A stretch of DNA of 37,085 nt from Clostridia bacterium (GCA_017453405.1 JAFTKF010000148.1:1-37085); one strand, 5' to 3'; positions 6,507-15,627 are shown, counted from the first letter of the stretch. Notes: generated from the letters alone by a model not told the origin. Numbers and translations: made by a program.

Positions 6507-7496
6507 TTACGCGAGGACGCCCAGGTAGCGGAGGAGGAAGGTGGCGAGAAAGACGGTGAAGGCGGAAACGATCGTGGTGAAAATGACGATCTGACCGGCG
6601 AGGGCAGTGTCGCTTTTCATTTCCTGCGCCATAGCAACACTGGATACGGCGACGGGTGTGGCAAAAACCGCAACGAGTGAGGCGAACTCCGCGCCGCCAA
6701 AGCTGTCGCGGAAGAAGGCATAGGCGATGCCAAGTCCTGCGGCGGGGACAACAATGCCGCGGATCACGGTTGCGAACAGGATCTCCTTTTTGTATTTCGA
6801 AACCGAGGAAAATTCAAACTGTGCGCCGAGCACGAGAAGCGCCATTGGCGTGGCAACACGCGAGAGGTATTCGAGAAGCGTATACAGCGGTGCGATGTCG
6901 GTTAGACGGAAGCGGATATCCGCAAGTACAAACAGCTTGCGCACAAGCAGTGTGACAAGTCCGACAAAAATGCTGATGATCAGGGGATTTCTGACAATAT
7001 CCAATACGATCTCCCGTACCGAGACCTTTTTGCCGTCCTTGTGAAAGAGGGACAGACTGATCACGCCGAGGATATTATACGTTGGCACGATCGCTGCCGA
7101 CAACAGCGAAGCCGCAATAGCGCCTTCTTCACCGAACAGCGCGGTCGCAAGCGGAATGCCGACCAGTGCGTAGTTGGAGCGGAATGTTCCCTGCAAAAGC
7201 GGACCGCGATGCTCGGCATCCTTGGTGATGAGCATCACGAGCAATGCGCCCACAAGAAAGATCACAGCGGTGAACACCGTGGCATACAGCACATAACCGA
7301 GATTCACAGCGGCAAGATTGCCGATTCCGTAGATATTCAAAAACAGCATCGCGGGCAAAAACACGCGAAAGACAAGCTTATTGGCAGCTTTGGCAAAGCT
7401 TTCGGAAATAAGACCGAGCTTTTTTAAGACGTATCCCAAGAGAACGGTAAGGATGATCGGCATCACGGCGTTAATAGCGAACAGTAAGGATTCCAT
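6507..7496 (-). CDS. AEC (auxin efflux carrier) family permease
   Basis: Start chosen at MESLLFAINAVMPIILTVLLGYVLKK (ATG at 7494-7496) after RBS AAGGAGGG. The protein is polytopic throughout. The longer ORF start at 7541 would lie inside the promoter. Confidence 0.85.
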   Translation of the reverse strand: MESLLFAINAVMPIILTVLLGYVLKKLGLISESFAKAANKLVFRVFLPAMLFLNIYGIGNLAAVNLGYVLYATVFTAVIFLVGALLVMLITKDAEHRGPLLQGTFRSNYALVGIPLATALFGEEGAIAASLLSAAIVPTYNILGVISLSLFHKDGKKVSVREIVLDIVRNPLIISIFVGLVTLLVRKLFVLADIRFRLTDIAPLYTLLEYLSRVATPMALLVLGAQFEFSSVSKYKKEILFATVIRGIVVPAAGLGIAYAFFRDSFGGAEFASLVAVFATPVAVSSVAMAQEMKSDTALAGQIVIFTTIVSAFTVFLATFLLRYLGVLA

Positions 7497-7529
7497 ATGC
7501 CCTCCTTTTTCAAAAGCTTTGATAGCAAA

Positions 7530-7558
7530 AGTATAGCACATCGGGTGCTGTTTGTCAA
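7530..7558 (-). promoter_or_regulatory. Consensus promoter TTGACA-17-TATACT for the AEC gene
   Basis: On the minus strand, ttgaca is the complement of 7553-7558 and tatact is the complement of 7530-7535. Confidence 0.7.
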
Positions 7559-7591
7559 GAATTCACGAAAAAGACTTGATTTGACAAACAG
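7548..7591. repeat. Perfect 11-bp inverted repeat ctgtttgtcaa / ttgacaaacag covering both divergent -35 boxes
   Basis: 7548-7558 is the reverse complement of 7581-7591, with 22 nt between them. Confidence 0.85.
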
Positions 7592-7609
7592 GAGAAAATA
7601 TGCTATACT
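7581..7609 (+). promoter_or_regulatory. Consensus promoter TTGACA-17-TATACT for the GH5 gene
   Basis: ttgaca at 7581-7586 and tatact at 7604-7609. Confidence 0.7.
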
Positions 7610-7638
7610 ATCCTATCAGATAAGGTGAGGTGATATGC

Positions 7639-8943
7639 GTGAAAAGGGCGTTTTTACAGTGTCTTATGATGCTGCTATTGGCAGCTGTTTTGGTATCCTG
7701 TGCGCAATCGGGCAACACGGACGAAACGGCACGGGATACGACAAAAGAAGCAATCGAAACGACAGTAACAGTGGAGGTAACGGTGGAAGATCGCATTTTA
7801 TACGTGGAAGACGGCAAGATCATCGACAAAAACGGGGACGAGGTGGTGCTTTGTGGCATCAATCTCGGCGGCTGGCTCTTGCAGGAAACTTGGATGTGTG
7901 CCGTTGTCGGCTCGGAATGCAACGAGGATTCCTTCAAGCTTTTGCAGGATCGCGGCTTTACCGATGACGAGATCGCGACGCTGTTTGCAAGCTACGCCGA
8001 TCACTACATCACCGAACGGGATATTAAAATCATTGCCGAGCTTGGCTTGAACTGTCTGCGCGTGCCCTTCTGGTATCGCAATTTTATGCGCGAGGATCTG
8101 ACCTACTACACAAGCGATCCCGACGAAAACCCGGGCTTTCGCTATCTTGACCGCGTGATTGCTTGGGCGGAGCACTATGGACTGTATGTCATTCTGGATA
8201 TGCACGGCGCGCCGGGTGGGCAGTCGACTGATCACTGCTGTGGCAGTATCGGCAAAAATGAACTGTACACAAGCGAGGACAATCTTGCCGCGATGGAAGA
8301 TCTGTGGGTGAAGCTTGCCACGCGTTACCGCGACAGCGTGACGGTTGCCGCCTATGATATTATGAATGAGCCGATGAACAACAGCACCGAGTTCGAAAAC
8401 GGTTGGGCGGCAGGCAGTGACGAGGCAATTGCCAAAACGCTTATGGTCTATCGCCGTATGATCCGCGCGATCCGCGCAATTGATCCCGAACATATCATCA
8501 CAATTGAGGGGATCTGGTCAATGACCTATCTGCCCGATCCTGCCAAAGAGGGCTGGACCAATATGATGTATCAGCTGCATCTTTACGACACGACCAAGGA
8601 AATGATCGATTACCGTATTGCCGAAATGGTCAAGGCGCGTGACGAATACGGGGTTGCCATCTATGTCGGCGAATACAATAATGGCGATGACAATCAGGTA
8701 TATGCGTATACGAAGTACCGCACCGAGAATATCTCCCGTACCGCGTGGACCTATAAGACCGCCAAGGGCAATCAGGGGAACTGGTCGCTGTATTATTCCT
8801 CCACCCCGCCCGCCGATCTCGCCAACGATTCCTATGACGAGATCCTCAGAAAGTGGGGCGACTGCCTTTTGACCGAATCCAATGGCTGGACACGCAACAC
8901 CACCCTGCGCGGCTGGCTGATGCGCTACAGCAAACCCACCTGA
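7639..8943 (+). CDS. GH5 family glycoside hydrolase (exo-beta-1,3-glucanase-like), lipoprotein
   Basis: I prefer the GTG at 7639 (MKRAFLQCLMMLLLAAVLVSCAQ, lipobox) because it sits 5 nt after GGTGAGGTGA. The track start at 7630 has no RBS spacing. GH5 motifs: LNCLRVPFWY, DMHGAPGGQS, YDIMNEP (acid/base Glu), YVGEYN (nucleophile Glu). Confidence 0.8.
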   Translation: MKRAFLQCLMMLLLAAVLVSCAQSGNTDETARDTTKEAIETTVTVEVTVEDRILYVEDGKIIDKNGDEVVLCGINLGGWLLQETWMCAVVGSECNEDSFKLLQDRGFTDDEIATLFASYADHYITERDIKIIAELGLNCLRVPFWYRNFMREDLTYYTSDPDENPGFRYLDRVIAWAEHYGLYVILDMHGAPGGQSTDHCCGSIGKNELYTSEDNLAAMEDLWVKLATRYRDSVTVAAYDIMNEPMNNSTEFENGWAAGSDEAIAKTLMVYRRMIRAIRAIDPEHIITIEGIWSMTYLPDPAKEGWTNMMYQLHLYDTTKEMIDYRIAEMVKARDEYGVAIYVGEYNNGDDNQVYAYTKYRTENISRTAWTYKTAKGNQGNWSLYYSSTPPADLANDSYDEILRKWGDCLLTESNGWTRNTTLRGWLMRYSKPT

Positions 8944-8953
8944 AAAGCGAACG

Positions 8954-8986
8954 AAAACGCCCTGAAGCCCGTCTTCAGGGCGTTTT
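8954..8986 (+). terminator. Rho-independent terminator
   Basis: aaaacgccctgaag (8954-8967) pairs with cttcagggcgtttt (8973-8986). Confidence 0.8.
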
Positions 8987-9055
8987 GCTGTCAGCGCCCA
9001 CAGCGCAAGTGCGAGCGAAGCAAACGCCACGGTGCGGCGTTTGCGTATGTCAACC

Positions 9056-9091
9056 GGAGTTCATTGTGCGGTATATCGCGCAATGAACTCC
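9056..9091. repeat. Orphan perfect hairpin ggagttcattg-N14-caatgaactcc
   Basis: An 11-bp perfect stem (9056-9066 with 9081-9091). The loop can pair further (gcg/cgc). Confidence 0.7.
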
Positions 9092-9157
9092 ACGCTGAGC
9101 CACACGAGGCGGGATCCAGCCCCACTTCGAGCGTAGACTTTTCTTGAAGTAACTTCG

Positions 9158-9179
9158 AAAACCACATATCTGCGCCGAG
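9158..9179 (-). repeat. Intergenic repeat A, copy 2 (inverted)
   Basis: The reverse complement, ctcggcgcagatatgtggtttt, matches 6033-6054 at 21 of 22 positions. Confidence 0.8.
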
Positions 9180-9194
9180 CGTTCCACGTTGTAT

Positions 9195-9228
9195 AAAATT
9201 ACACCCTCGACCGAGCGGTCGAGGGTGT
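9195..9228 (-). terminator. Terminator of the esterase gene
   Basis: acaccctcgacc (9201-9212) pairs with ggtcgagggtgt (9217-9228). On the minus strand the stem is followed by aatttta. Confidence 0.65.
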
Positions 9229-9249
9229 TGTGCGTATTTAGATATGAGA

Positions 9250-11898
9250 TCAGTCTTTTTGAATGGCTTCTACCAGCATTTCGGAAAGCAGGGCGTAGCC
9301 TTCTTCGTTGAGGTGGAGTTGATCGCGGAAGCCCATATTTGCCATATCCTTGCCTGCCTCCTTCATCGCGGCGGCAAAGTCGACGATCACGAGGTTGTCG
9401 TGATCGATGGCATAGTCGGCAACAATGGCGTTGGACACGGCGTATTCCTCCCATTTATCGGGGAAGCGCTCGTTGTCGCAGACCGTCACGTAGTACACTG
9501 TGGCATTGGGGAACAATTCCTGCAAGCCCTCGATGACCGCGATCACATCATAGCCGCAGACAGAGCCTGCTTTGCCGCGGTCGATGTCGTTGACACCGAT
9601 GTGCAAAACGATGTTTTCGGGATCATACAATGTCAGCTGAGACATTGCGGCAAACCAATCGCCGGTTTCTGTGCCGCCGACACCGATCGTAACCGCGTCG
9701 AGGACATTCATTTGTCTGTCAAAATGCTGCCACGAGGTCTTGGATGTATAGCTGTCACCAAGCACCAGCGTCTTGACGGCAAGCTTTTCTTCCTTCTCGG
9801 TATGAACAAGGCGCATGGTGTGTAGAATGGCACCATCCTCGCGGGCATAGAGATTGATCGTATGCTCACCGGCATAGGGGATCGTGATCTTCCAGGTTTC
9901 GTGCTGTAACATCTTGCCCGGACCGACCGCAATGGAATCGGTCAGCGCGATGATCGCGCCGCCATCCACGCTGATGAAGACAGAGTCGGCTGTCGCGCTC
10001 TTGAAGCTTGTCATCAGTGAAACATAGTATTCACCGGGTGTGGAAAAGTCGATCACATAGGATGCCTTGGGGGAAATATTGTTGGTTGCCCACTGTACGC
10101 CCGAATCGGGATAGATCTGAATACCGGGATAGGCAACGCTTCTTTCCCAAATAAAATCGTGCGCAATATTATTGGCTCTGCCGCTGACGGTATAAGCATA
10201 TTTTCCGTTTCGAAGGGCATCAACGAGATTCACCGTGACCTCGCCGTCCACTTCCCGATACAGTGCCGTTGTTTCGGCAGTCCCCCTCTCGCTCACCGTC
10301 TCTTCACTGCCGTCGGTAAAGCTTTCGTCTTCCGAGGTGGACAGCACGATCTGATGCAGCAGTACGCCGTCCTCACGCACAAATACCGTCACGGTGTGCT
10401 CGCCGGGGGTTTCGACATCCACATACCACAGCGTATTGCCGCTCCATCTGCCCTCGCCGACGATATCGCGGCTGTCGGTACAGGCGACAAGTGCGCCGCT
10501 GTCAAGGCTGACATAGACCGAATTGCTGGTGGTGTTGGGGTGGCTTGACAGGAAATAGAGATAATAGCGACCCGTCGTTTCGAATTTGACGGTATAATGA
10601 AGCTGGGGCGCTTCGGCAAAGGCATAGTTGGCTTCCCAGAAATTGTTGAAGGACGGTGTTTGTTCAATGCCGTCAAGAGTGGTTGCCGCGGCGGCAAACG
10701 AAAGGTTCGCGCCTGCCGAGGAATACGCGGCATAGGGCGACAGCTCAAGTGCCGACGAGGCGTTGATCACCACCTTGCCGTCCTTTTCAAGAAACGCGCC
10801 CGAGGCAATCTCTTCCTCTTCATAATAGCGCTGACAGTCGGGCTTTTTGCCGTTTTTGACGAAATACGCCATGTTGTTACCGGCATCCTTGCCGATCAGC
10901 TCATAGCCTGCCTGATTGAAATGGAATTCGTCCTTCATATAGCCATAGCGGTGAAGATCGGGCAGAATGAGCGAAAGGACGGTTGCATCCTCGCTGTCCT
11001 CGCAGAACAAGATCTGCGCATCGCGGATGGTATTGTATTTCGCGCGGCGACTGCCGTCACTGCCGTTATATGTGCCGATCGGGATCACAAAGGTTTCACT
11101 TGCGCCAATATCTTCCTTGAAGCCTTCGACGATGCGTGCAAGCGCTTCGGTATAGGTATCGCCTGCCACATTCTTGTCGCCGTCCGATTCGCCCTGCAGA
11201 AAGACCACATAGGTGTTCTTCAGCTTGAAGGCTTCCTTGCCGCTTTCATATTCCGCTTTCAAAAACGCCTTAGCGGCTTTGACGCGTTCGACGGCATCGT
11301 CATAGACTTCCGTGCCCACATCAAAGAAGCTGATCTGTTCTCCGCCCTTGGCGCAGGACACCGCCACAATGGGCGTGCCGGTTGCCTGATAGTAGCTTTC
11401 ACAGAATGCCGACACCAAAGAGCCGGTCTTTTTATTTTCGGTGACGCCGCTTGCGGCGTTATTTTCGTTCACGCCGAAGGGCTCGGTGACAGGATACAGC
11501 TTGGTCGGATCGGAGATCGCACGGAATTCATACGCGTGACCTTCGGGCACGACCGTGGCATCTGCCGCGTTGCCTCTGCCTGCCATATTGGACTGACCGA
11601 TAAAGAGCACAAGATCAACCCCTGCTTCGTCAGGCTCGGTGACCGGGGGCGTGATCGGGTCGGTCACGGCAGTCGTCGCGGTCGGCGTCGTGATCGGATC
11701 AACCTCGTCGGTCGTTTCGGGGGTGGTTTCGGTTGCTGTTTGTTGCGTAGTGGTACCCGGTGAGGTCACGGGATTTTTCACATCGTCGCTTGTCAATGCC
11801 GTCGTTGTCTCTCCGTCACCGCAGCCTACCAAAAGCATCGGCACTAAGAGAAGAAGTGCAAGGAGCAAAGTCAAAATCGCACGCAGTTGTTGTTTCAT
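9250..11898 (-). CDS. Multidomain carbohydrate esterase lipoprotein: SASA/DUF303-type acetylesterase, two beta-sandwich (CBM-like) repeats, SGNH/GDSL esterase
   Basis: Start at MKQQLRAILTLLLALLLLVPMLLVGCG (ATG at 11896-11898) after RBS GGAGAC. SASA motif LVLFIGQSNMAGRG. Internal duplicates lie at nt ~10336-10803 and ~9799-10263 (YYLYFLSS...EHTVTVFVREDGVLLHQIVL versus YYVSLMTS...EHTINLYAREDGAILHTMRL). SGNH motifs: LVLGDSYT, GVGGTETG, HIGVNDI, DQLHLNEEGY. Confidence 0.8.
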   Translation of the reverse strand: MKQQLRAILTLLLALLLLVPMLLVGCGDGETTTALTSDDVKNPVTSPGTTTQQTATETTPETTDEVDPITTPTATTAVTDPITPPVTEPDEAGVDLVLFIGQSNMAGRGNAADATVVPEGHAYEFRAISDPTKLYPVTEPFGVNENNAASGVTENKKTGSLVSAFCESYYQATGTPIVAVSCAKGGEQISFFDVGTEVYDDAVERVKAAKAFLKAEYESGKEAFKLKNTYVVFLQGESDGDKNVAGDTYTEALARIVEGFKEDIGASETFVIPIGTYNGSDGSRRAKYNTIRDAQILFCEDSEDATVLSLILPDLHRYGYMKDEFHFNQAGYELIGKDAGNNMAYFVKNGKKPDCQRYYEEEEIASGAFLEKDGKVVINASSALELSPYAAYSSAGANLSFAAAATTLDGIEQTPSFNNFWEANYAFAEAPQLHYTVKFETTGRYYLYFLSSHPNTTSNSVYVSLDSGALVACTDSRDIVGEGRWSGNTLWYVDVETPGEHTVTVFVREDGVLLHQIVLSTSEDESFTDGSEETVSERGTAETTALYREVDGEVTVNLVDALRNGKYAYTVSGRANNIAHDFIWERSVAYPGIQIYPDSGVQWATNNISPKASYVIDFSTPGEYYVSLMTSFKSATADSVFISVDGGAIIALTDSIAVGPGKMLQHETWKITIPYAGEHTINLYAREDGAILHTMRLVHTEKEEKLAVKTLVLGDSYTSKTSWQHFDRQMNVLDAVTIGVGGTETGDWFAAMSQLTLYDPENIVLHIGVNDIDRGKAGSVCGYDVIAVIEGLQELFPNATVYYVTVCDNERFPDKWEEYAVSNAIVADYAIDHDNLVIVDFAAAMKEAGKDMANMGFRDQLHLNEEGYALLSEMLVEAIQKD

Positions 11899-11946
11899 AA
11901 TCGTCTCCATTCTGCCGCATTGCGGCACAAAACTGTTCTTATCTGT

Positions 11947-11975
11947 ATTGTATCACGAAAAAACTGCGGTGTCAA
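11947..11975 (-). promoter_or_regulatory. Promoter TTGACA-17-TACAAT for the esterase gene
   Basis: On the minus strand, ttgaca is the complement of 11970-11975 and tacaat is the complement of 11947-11952. Confidence 0.65.
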
Positions 11976-12038
11976 GCGACGGCACAGTGCCAAGCATCCA
12001 AAGCTTTCGGCGAAAATGGGAAAAAAGCGCAAATTCTC

Positions 12039-12067
12039 TTGCATAATCCTCTCAGCTATGCTACAAT
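12039..12067 (+). promoter_or_regulatory. Promoter TTGCAT-17-TACAAT (extended -10 TGC) for the GH/phosphoesterase operon
   Basis: ttgcat at 12039-12044 and tacaat at 12062-12067. Confidence 0.6.
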
Positions 12068-12137
12068 GAAGCTACTGTCATCGCTTGATGATCGGCAGCT
12101 TTTCTTTTTTATAGCCTTCCGCAAATTTCAATGAAAG

Positions 12138-13667
12138 ATGAGTGATACCATGGAGCTTTACAAGGTCAATAACGATATGTCCTATTTTGACTCTCCCTAC
12201 GTCGGGCGAAACGTGTTTTTGAAAATGCCCGCCGAGGATGCGCCCCTTCCCCTTTACGAAAAGATCCGCCACCGCCTGCCCAAGCCGATCTGGCAGGGGC
12301 ACGAAACAGCCCTTGCCGCCTATGACTACGCGTGGCAGATCGCCTTCGGCAATTTGCGAAAAGCCGACCCCGTTTCGCGTTTTGTGTCGAATTATATCGA
12401 CACCGCCTTCAACGGCTTTCTGTTTATGTGGGATTCCTCCTTTATCGTGATGTTCGGCAAATACGCCTCGCGTATTTTCAATTTTCAAAAGACACTCGAC
12501 AATCTTTACTCCCATCAGCACCGTGACGGCTTCATCTGCCGTGAGATCTGTGAGTACGAGATCGGCGAGCACTTCACCCGACACGACCCCTCTGCCACGG
12601 GACCCAATATTATGGCGTGGTCGGAATGGGAATCCTTCTGCCAGACGGGCGATCTTGACCGCCTTGCCAAGGTCTTTGACCCCTTGCTCGGCTATCACCT
12701 TTGGTTGAAGGACAACCACACCTGGCGCGACGGCTCATATTGGTCGACCGGCTGGGGATGCGGTATGGACAATCAGCCCCGTCTTGAGCCGCAATATCAT
12801 TTCATTTTCTCGCACGGCCATATGATCTGGGCGGATACCTGCATTCAGCAGGTGCTGTCGGCAAAGATCCTTGTCGAAATGGCAAAGCTGCTCGGTCGAG
12901 AAGAGGATGACGGCATCAGGGCGCTCAAAGAGGAGATCAAGACCCTCACCGATGTGATCAACGAGAAGCTTTGGTGTGAGGAGGATGCCTATTATTACGA
13001 TCTCTACCGTAGCGGCAAATGGAACTATGTCAAGTCGATCGGTGCGTATTGGGCACTGATCGCCGATATCATTCCCGAAGACAGGCTTTCCGCCTTTGTC
13101 GCGCACCTCGACAACGAAAAGGAGTTCAAGCGTCCCTGCCGCGTGCCCTCGCTGTCCGCCGATCACCCCGATTACCGCGAAGGAGGCGACTATTGGCGCG
13201 GCTCGGTATGGGCGCCCACCAATTATATGATCCTGAAAGGGCTTGAGAAAAACGGCTATGAAGCCCTTGCCCACGATATTGCCTGCAACTGCCTTGACAA
13301 CGTGGTGAAAACCTTTGAAAAGACCGGCACGCTCTGGGAAAACTACGCGCCCGAATCCGCAAACCGCGGTGAGCGCGCCAAGGATGCCTTTGTGGGTTGG
13401 TCGGGACTTTTCCCGATCAGTGTGATGTTTGAATATGTCTTCGGCATCCGTCCCTACGCCCGGGAGAAAAAGATCGTCTGGCATATCCATCTGACCGAGG
13501 AGCACGGTGTGCGCGATTACCCCTTGGGGGATGTGACACTCGACCTTCTCTGTCACGCACGCGCATCAGAAGACGAAGAACCCACTGTTACCGTCAAAGC
13601 CGATGCGCCGATCACCCTTGAAATTCACTGGGGCGATCGGGTCAAAACGCTCTCGGTTTCACCATAA
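12138..13667 (+). CDS. (alpha/alpha)6-barrel glycoside hydrolase, GH63 / MGH1 / trehalase-like
   Basis: 509 aa with no signal peptide. Motifs FMWDSSFIVMF, GCGMDNQPR, YWRGSVWAPTNYMILKGL and WENYAPE recall this clan. The exact family is unresolved, and the start could be ATG 12138 or ATG 12150. Confidence 0.6.
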   Translation: MSDTMELYKVNNDMSYFDSPYVGRNVFLKMPAEDAPLPLYEKIRHRLPKPIWQGHETALAAYDYAWQIAFGNLRKADPVSRFVSNYIDTAFNGFLFMWDSSFIVMFGKYASRIFNFQKTLDNLYSHQHRDGFICREICEYEIGEHFTRHDPSATGPNIMAWSEWESFCQTGDLDRLAKVFDPLLGYHLWLKDNHTWRDGSYWSTGWGCGMDNQPRLEPQYHFIFSHGHMIWADTCIQQVLSAKILVEMAKLLGREEDDGIRALKEEIKTLTDVINEKLWCEEDAYYYDLYRSGKWNYVKSIGAYWALIADIIPEDRLSAFVAHLDNEKEFKRPCRVPSLSADHPDYREGGDYWRGSVWAPTNYMILKGLEKNGYEALAHDIACNCLDNVVKTFEKTGTLWENYAPESANRGERAKDAFVGWSGLFPISVMFEYVFGIRPYAREKKIVWHIHLTEEHGVRDYPLGDVTLDLLCHARASEDEEPTVTVKADAPITLEIHWGDRVKTLSVSP

Positions 13668-13682
13668 GGAGGCGATATCCCC

Positions 13683-15626
13683 ATGAAAAAACGACTTTTT
13701 TCGACAGTTTCCCTGCTTTTACTGCTTGCCCTTGTTTTCACTGCCGTCTTTCCCGCCTTTGCCGCGGAGGACGATAGCATATCGATCCTTGCCTGCTCGG
13801 ACTTCCAAGCCCCCGACGGCAACGCCCAAGGGCGCACGCAGGTCACTGCCATTCTCAGCGCAATGAAGCGTGACGGCATCACCAGTGCCGATGGCTTTTT
13901 CTGCTGTGGCGACTACGATTACGAATACACCGACACACGCGGCGGTATCAACACGCTGAAAAACACCGTCAGGGGCGTGGTTTCAGAAAATACCGTTTTC
14001 GTGCAGGGCAATCACGACTCCCCCATTGGCACAAACGGACTGTCAGACAGCGGCAACAATGACCCCGCAAACGGCAAATACGGCGTTTTCGTTATTAACG
14101 AGGACGATTATATGTGGTACAATTCGGATGAAGATACCGTCAAGCGTACCGCGCAGGAGCTGATCGACTACCTGAATCAAAAGCTCGCTGAGGGCTATTC
14201 AAAGCCGATCTTTGTGCTGTCGCACCTCGGACTCCACTACTCGATGCGCACACAGCTTGACGGCGACTGCAAATATGCCTACTATCTCTTTGATGTGCTG
14301 AACGAAGCCGCCAAGAAGGGCTTGAACCTTTTCTACCTTTACGGACACAACCACTCCAACGGCTGGGATGACTATCTCGGCGGCGCGGCGGTGTATCTGC
14401 AAAAGGGCGATACGATGCTCGTCGGTCAGGGCTCGAATATCAGCTTCAACAAAAAAACGCTTGCCTTCACCTATCTGAACGCAGGTTATACCGGCTATTA
14501 TTCCAATGTCAACAATCAGGACGATGCCCTCACGATGACTTATCTGACGATCACTGCGGACAGCGTTACCGTCACGCGCTATGACAAAAACGGCAAGCAC
14601 GCGATGAAATCCCAAGGCATCAGCAACGCCTATCACAACGAGGTGCGCTATCAGCCCAATACCGATACCTACCCCTCGCCTCAGACCGTTTCGCTGACCG
14701 CTGTCAGTGACAAAACACCAATCAAAAATCTCCTTACCATCGATAAGACCCTGCCCGCCTACCGCAAGCTGACTTCCCTTGACGAGATCAAAGACGGCGG
14801 CAAGTATCTGCTGGTTCAGAACAGCGCGCCCGACCGCGTGATGCTTCCTAAGGGAGTCGTGAAAGCCAATTCAAGCGGCTCGGAGCGCATCGGCTTTGAT
14901 GTCAGTCAGACCGCTGATTTCGGTTCCAGCATCGCCTACAGTAACATTGCCGACGCGCTTTGGACCTTCACCAAAACCGACGGCGGCTGGAAGCTTGGCA
15001 GTTCCGAGGGCTATGTGACCTATGAAGCCACCGCAAACCAAGGCATCGCCGCCAAATTCGCACCGAACGGAAGCGTTTTCACGGTTGAAGGCAGTCAGAA
15101 TGCCTTCACCTTCACGGCAGACAACTATGTTTTCAACTACAACGCCCGTACCTTAATCAATTTCTACACCTCCGACCCCGCTGCCTTTTATCTGTATGAG
15201 CCGATCGGCTACGCCGTCACGGTAGAGGGCGGCTCTGCCGCGGCAAACGGCAACAAGATCACACACGCCCATAAAGATACCGCATTGACACTTTCCCCCA
15301 CTACCGCCCCCGACGGCTACCGTTTCGATCATTGGGAAGTGACAAAAGGTACACTTGATCTTGGCGACCCCACCGCCGCAACATTGACCGTAACCATGCC
15401 CGATCACGCACTTTCAATCAAGGCGGTGTATGAAAAAGCCCCCGTTGTTACCACAGCGGTGGTGACAACCGATCCCCCGACGACCGACACACCCACCACC
15501 GAAACACCAAACGGTGAGCAACCGAACGACTTCCCGACCGCCGCTTGCGTGATCATCGCCGTCGTATTCGCGAGCGCCGCCGCAGTTACCGTTATCATCT
15601 TGTATCGGAAAAAGAAAGCCCGCTAA
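13683..15626 (+). CDS. Secreted calcineurin-like metallophosphoesterase with a C-terminal Flg_new repeat, Thr/Pro linker and TM anchor
   Basis: RBS GGAGG, 15 nt after the upstream stop. Signal peptide. MPE motifs: CCGDYDYE, VQGNHD, SHLGLH, YGHNHSNG. Flg_new repeat at GYRFDHWEV. C-terminal anchor FPTAACVIIAVVFASAAAVTVIILYRKKKAR. Confidence 0.75.
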   Translation: MKKRLFSTVSLLLLLALVFTAVFPAFAAEDDSISILACSDFQAPDGNAQGRTQVTAILSAMKRDGITSADGFFCCGDYDYEYTDTRGGINTLKNTVRGVVSENTVFVQGNHDSPIGTNGLSDSGNNDPANGKYGVFVINEDDYMWYNSDEDTVKRTAQELIDYLNQKLAEGYSKPIFVLSHLGLHYSMRTQLDGDCKYAYYLFDVLNEAAKKGLNLFYLYGHNHSNGWDDYLGGAAVYLQKGDTMLVGQGSNISFNKKTLAFTYLNAGYTGYYSNVNNQDDALTMTYLTITADSVTVTRYDKNGKHAMKSQGISNAYHNEVRYQPNTDTYPSPQTVSLTAVSDKTPIKNLLTIDKTLPAYRKLTSLDEIKDGGKYLLVQNSAPDRVMLPKGVVKANSSGSERIGFDVSQTADFGSSIAYSNIADALWTFTKTDGGWKLGSSEGYVTYEATANQGIAAKFAPNGSVFTVEGSQNAFTFTADNYVFNYNARTLINFYTSDPAAFYLYEPIGYAVTVEGGSAAANGNKITHAHKDTALTLSPTTAPDGYRFDHWEVTKGTLDLGDPTAATLTVTMPDHALSIKAVYEKAPVVTTAVVTTDPPTTDTPTTETPNGEQPNDFPTAACVIIAVVFASAAAVTVIILYRKKKAR

Positions 15627-15627
15627 C

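Noticed and set aside
6320-6559. 79-aa ORF spanning the repeat-C region
   Set aside because: It is made of the 39-bp tandem units and hairpins and runs into the 3' end of the AEC gene on the other strand. The homologous copy at 15628-15816 does not preserve the frame.
10597-11763. 388-aa ORF on the + strand
   Set aside because: It lies entirely antisense to the esterase gene, whose product has clear SASA motifs. Its product is Arg/Gly/Cys-rich low-complexity sequence, typical of a shadow ORF in GC-rich DNA, and it has no RBS.
12735-13556. 273-aa ORF on the - strand (also 12078-12719, 7798-8493, 30829-31569, 31762-32427 and 32521-33108)
   Set aside because: All lie fully inside, and antisense to, genes with strong family motifs. 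None has a start context. They are treated as GC-driven open frames.
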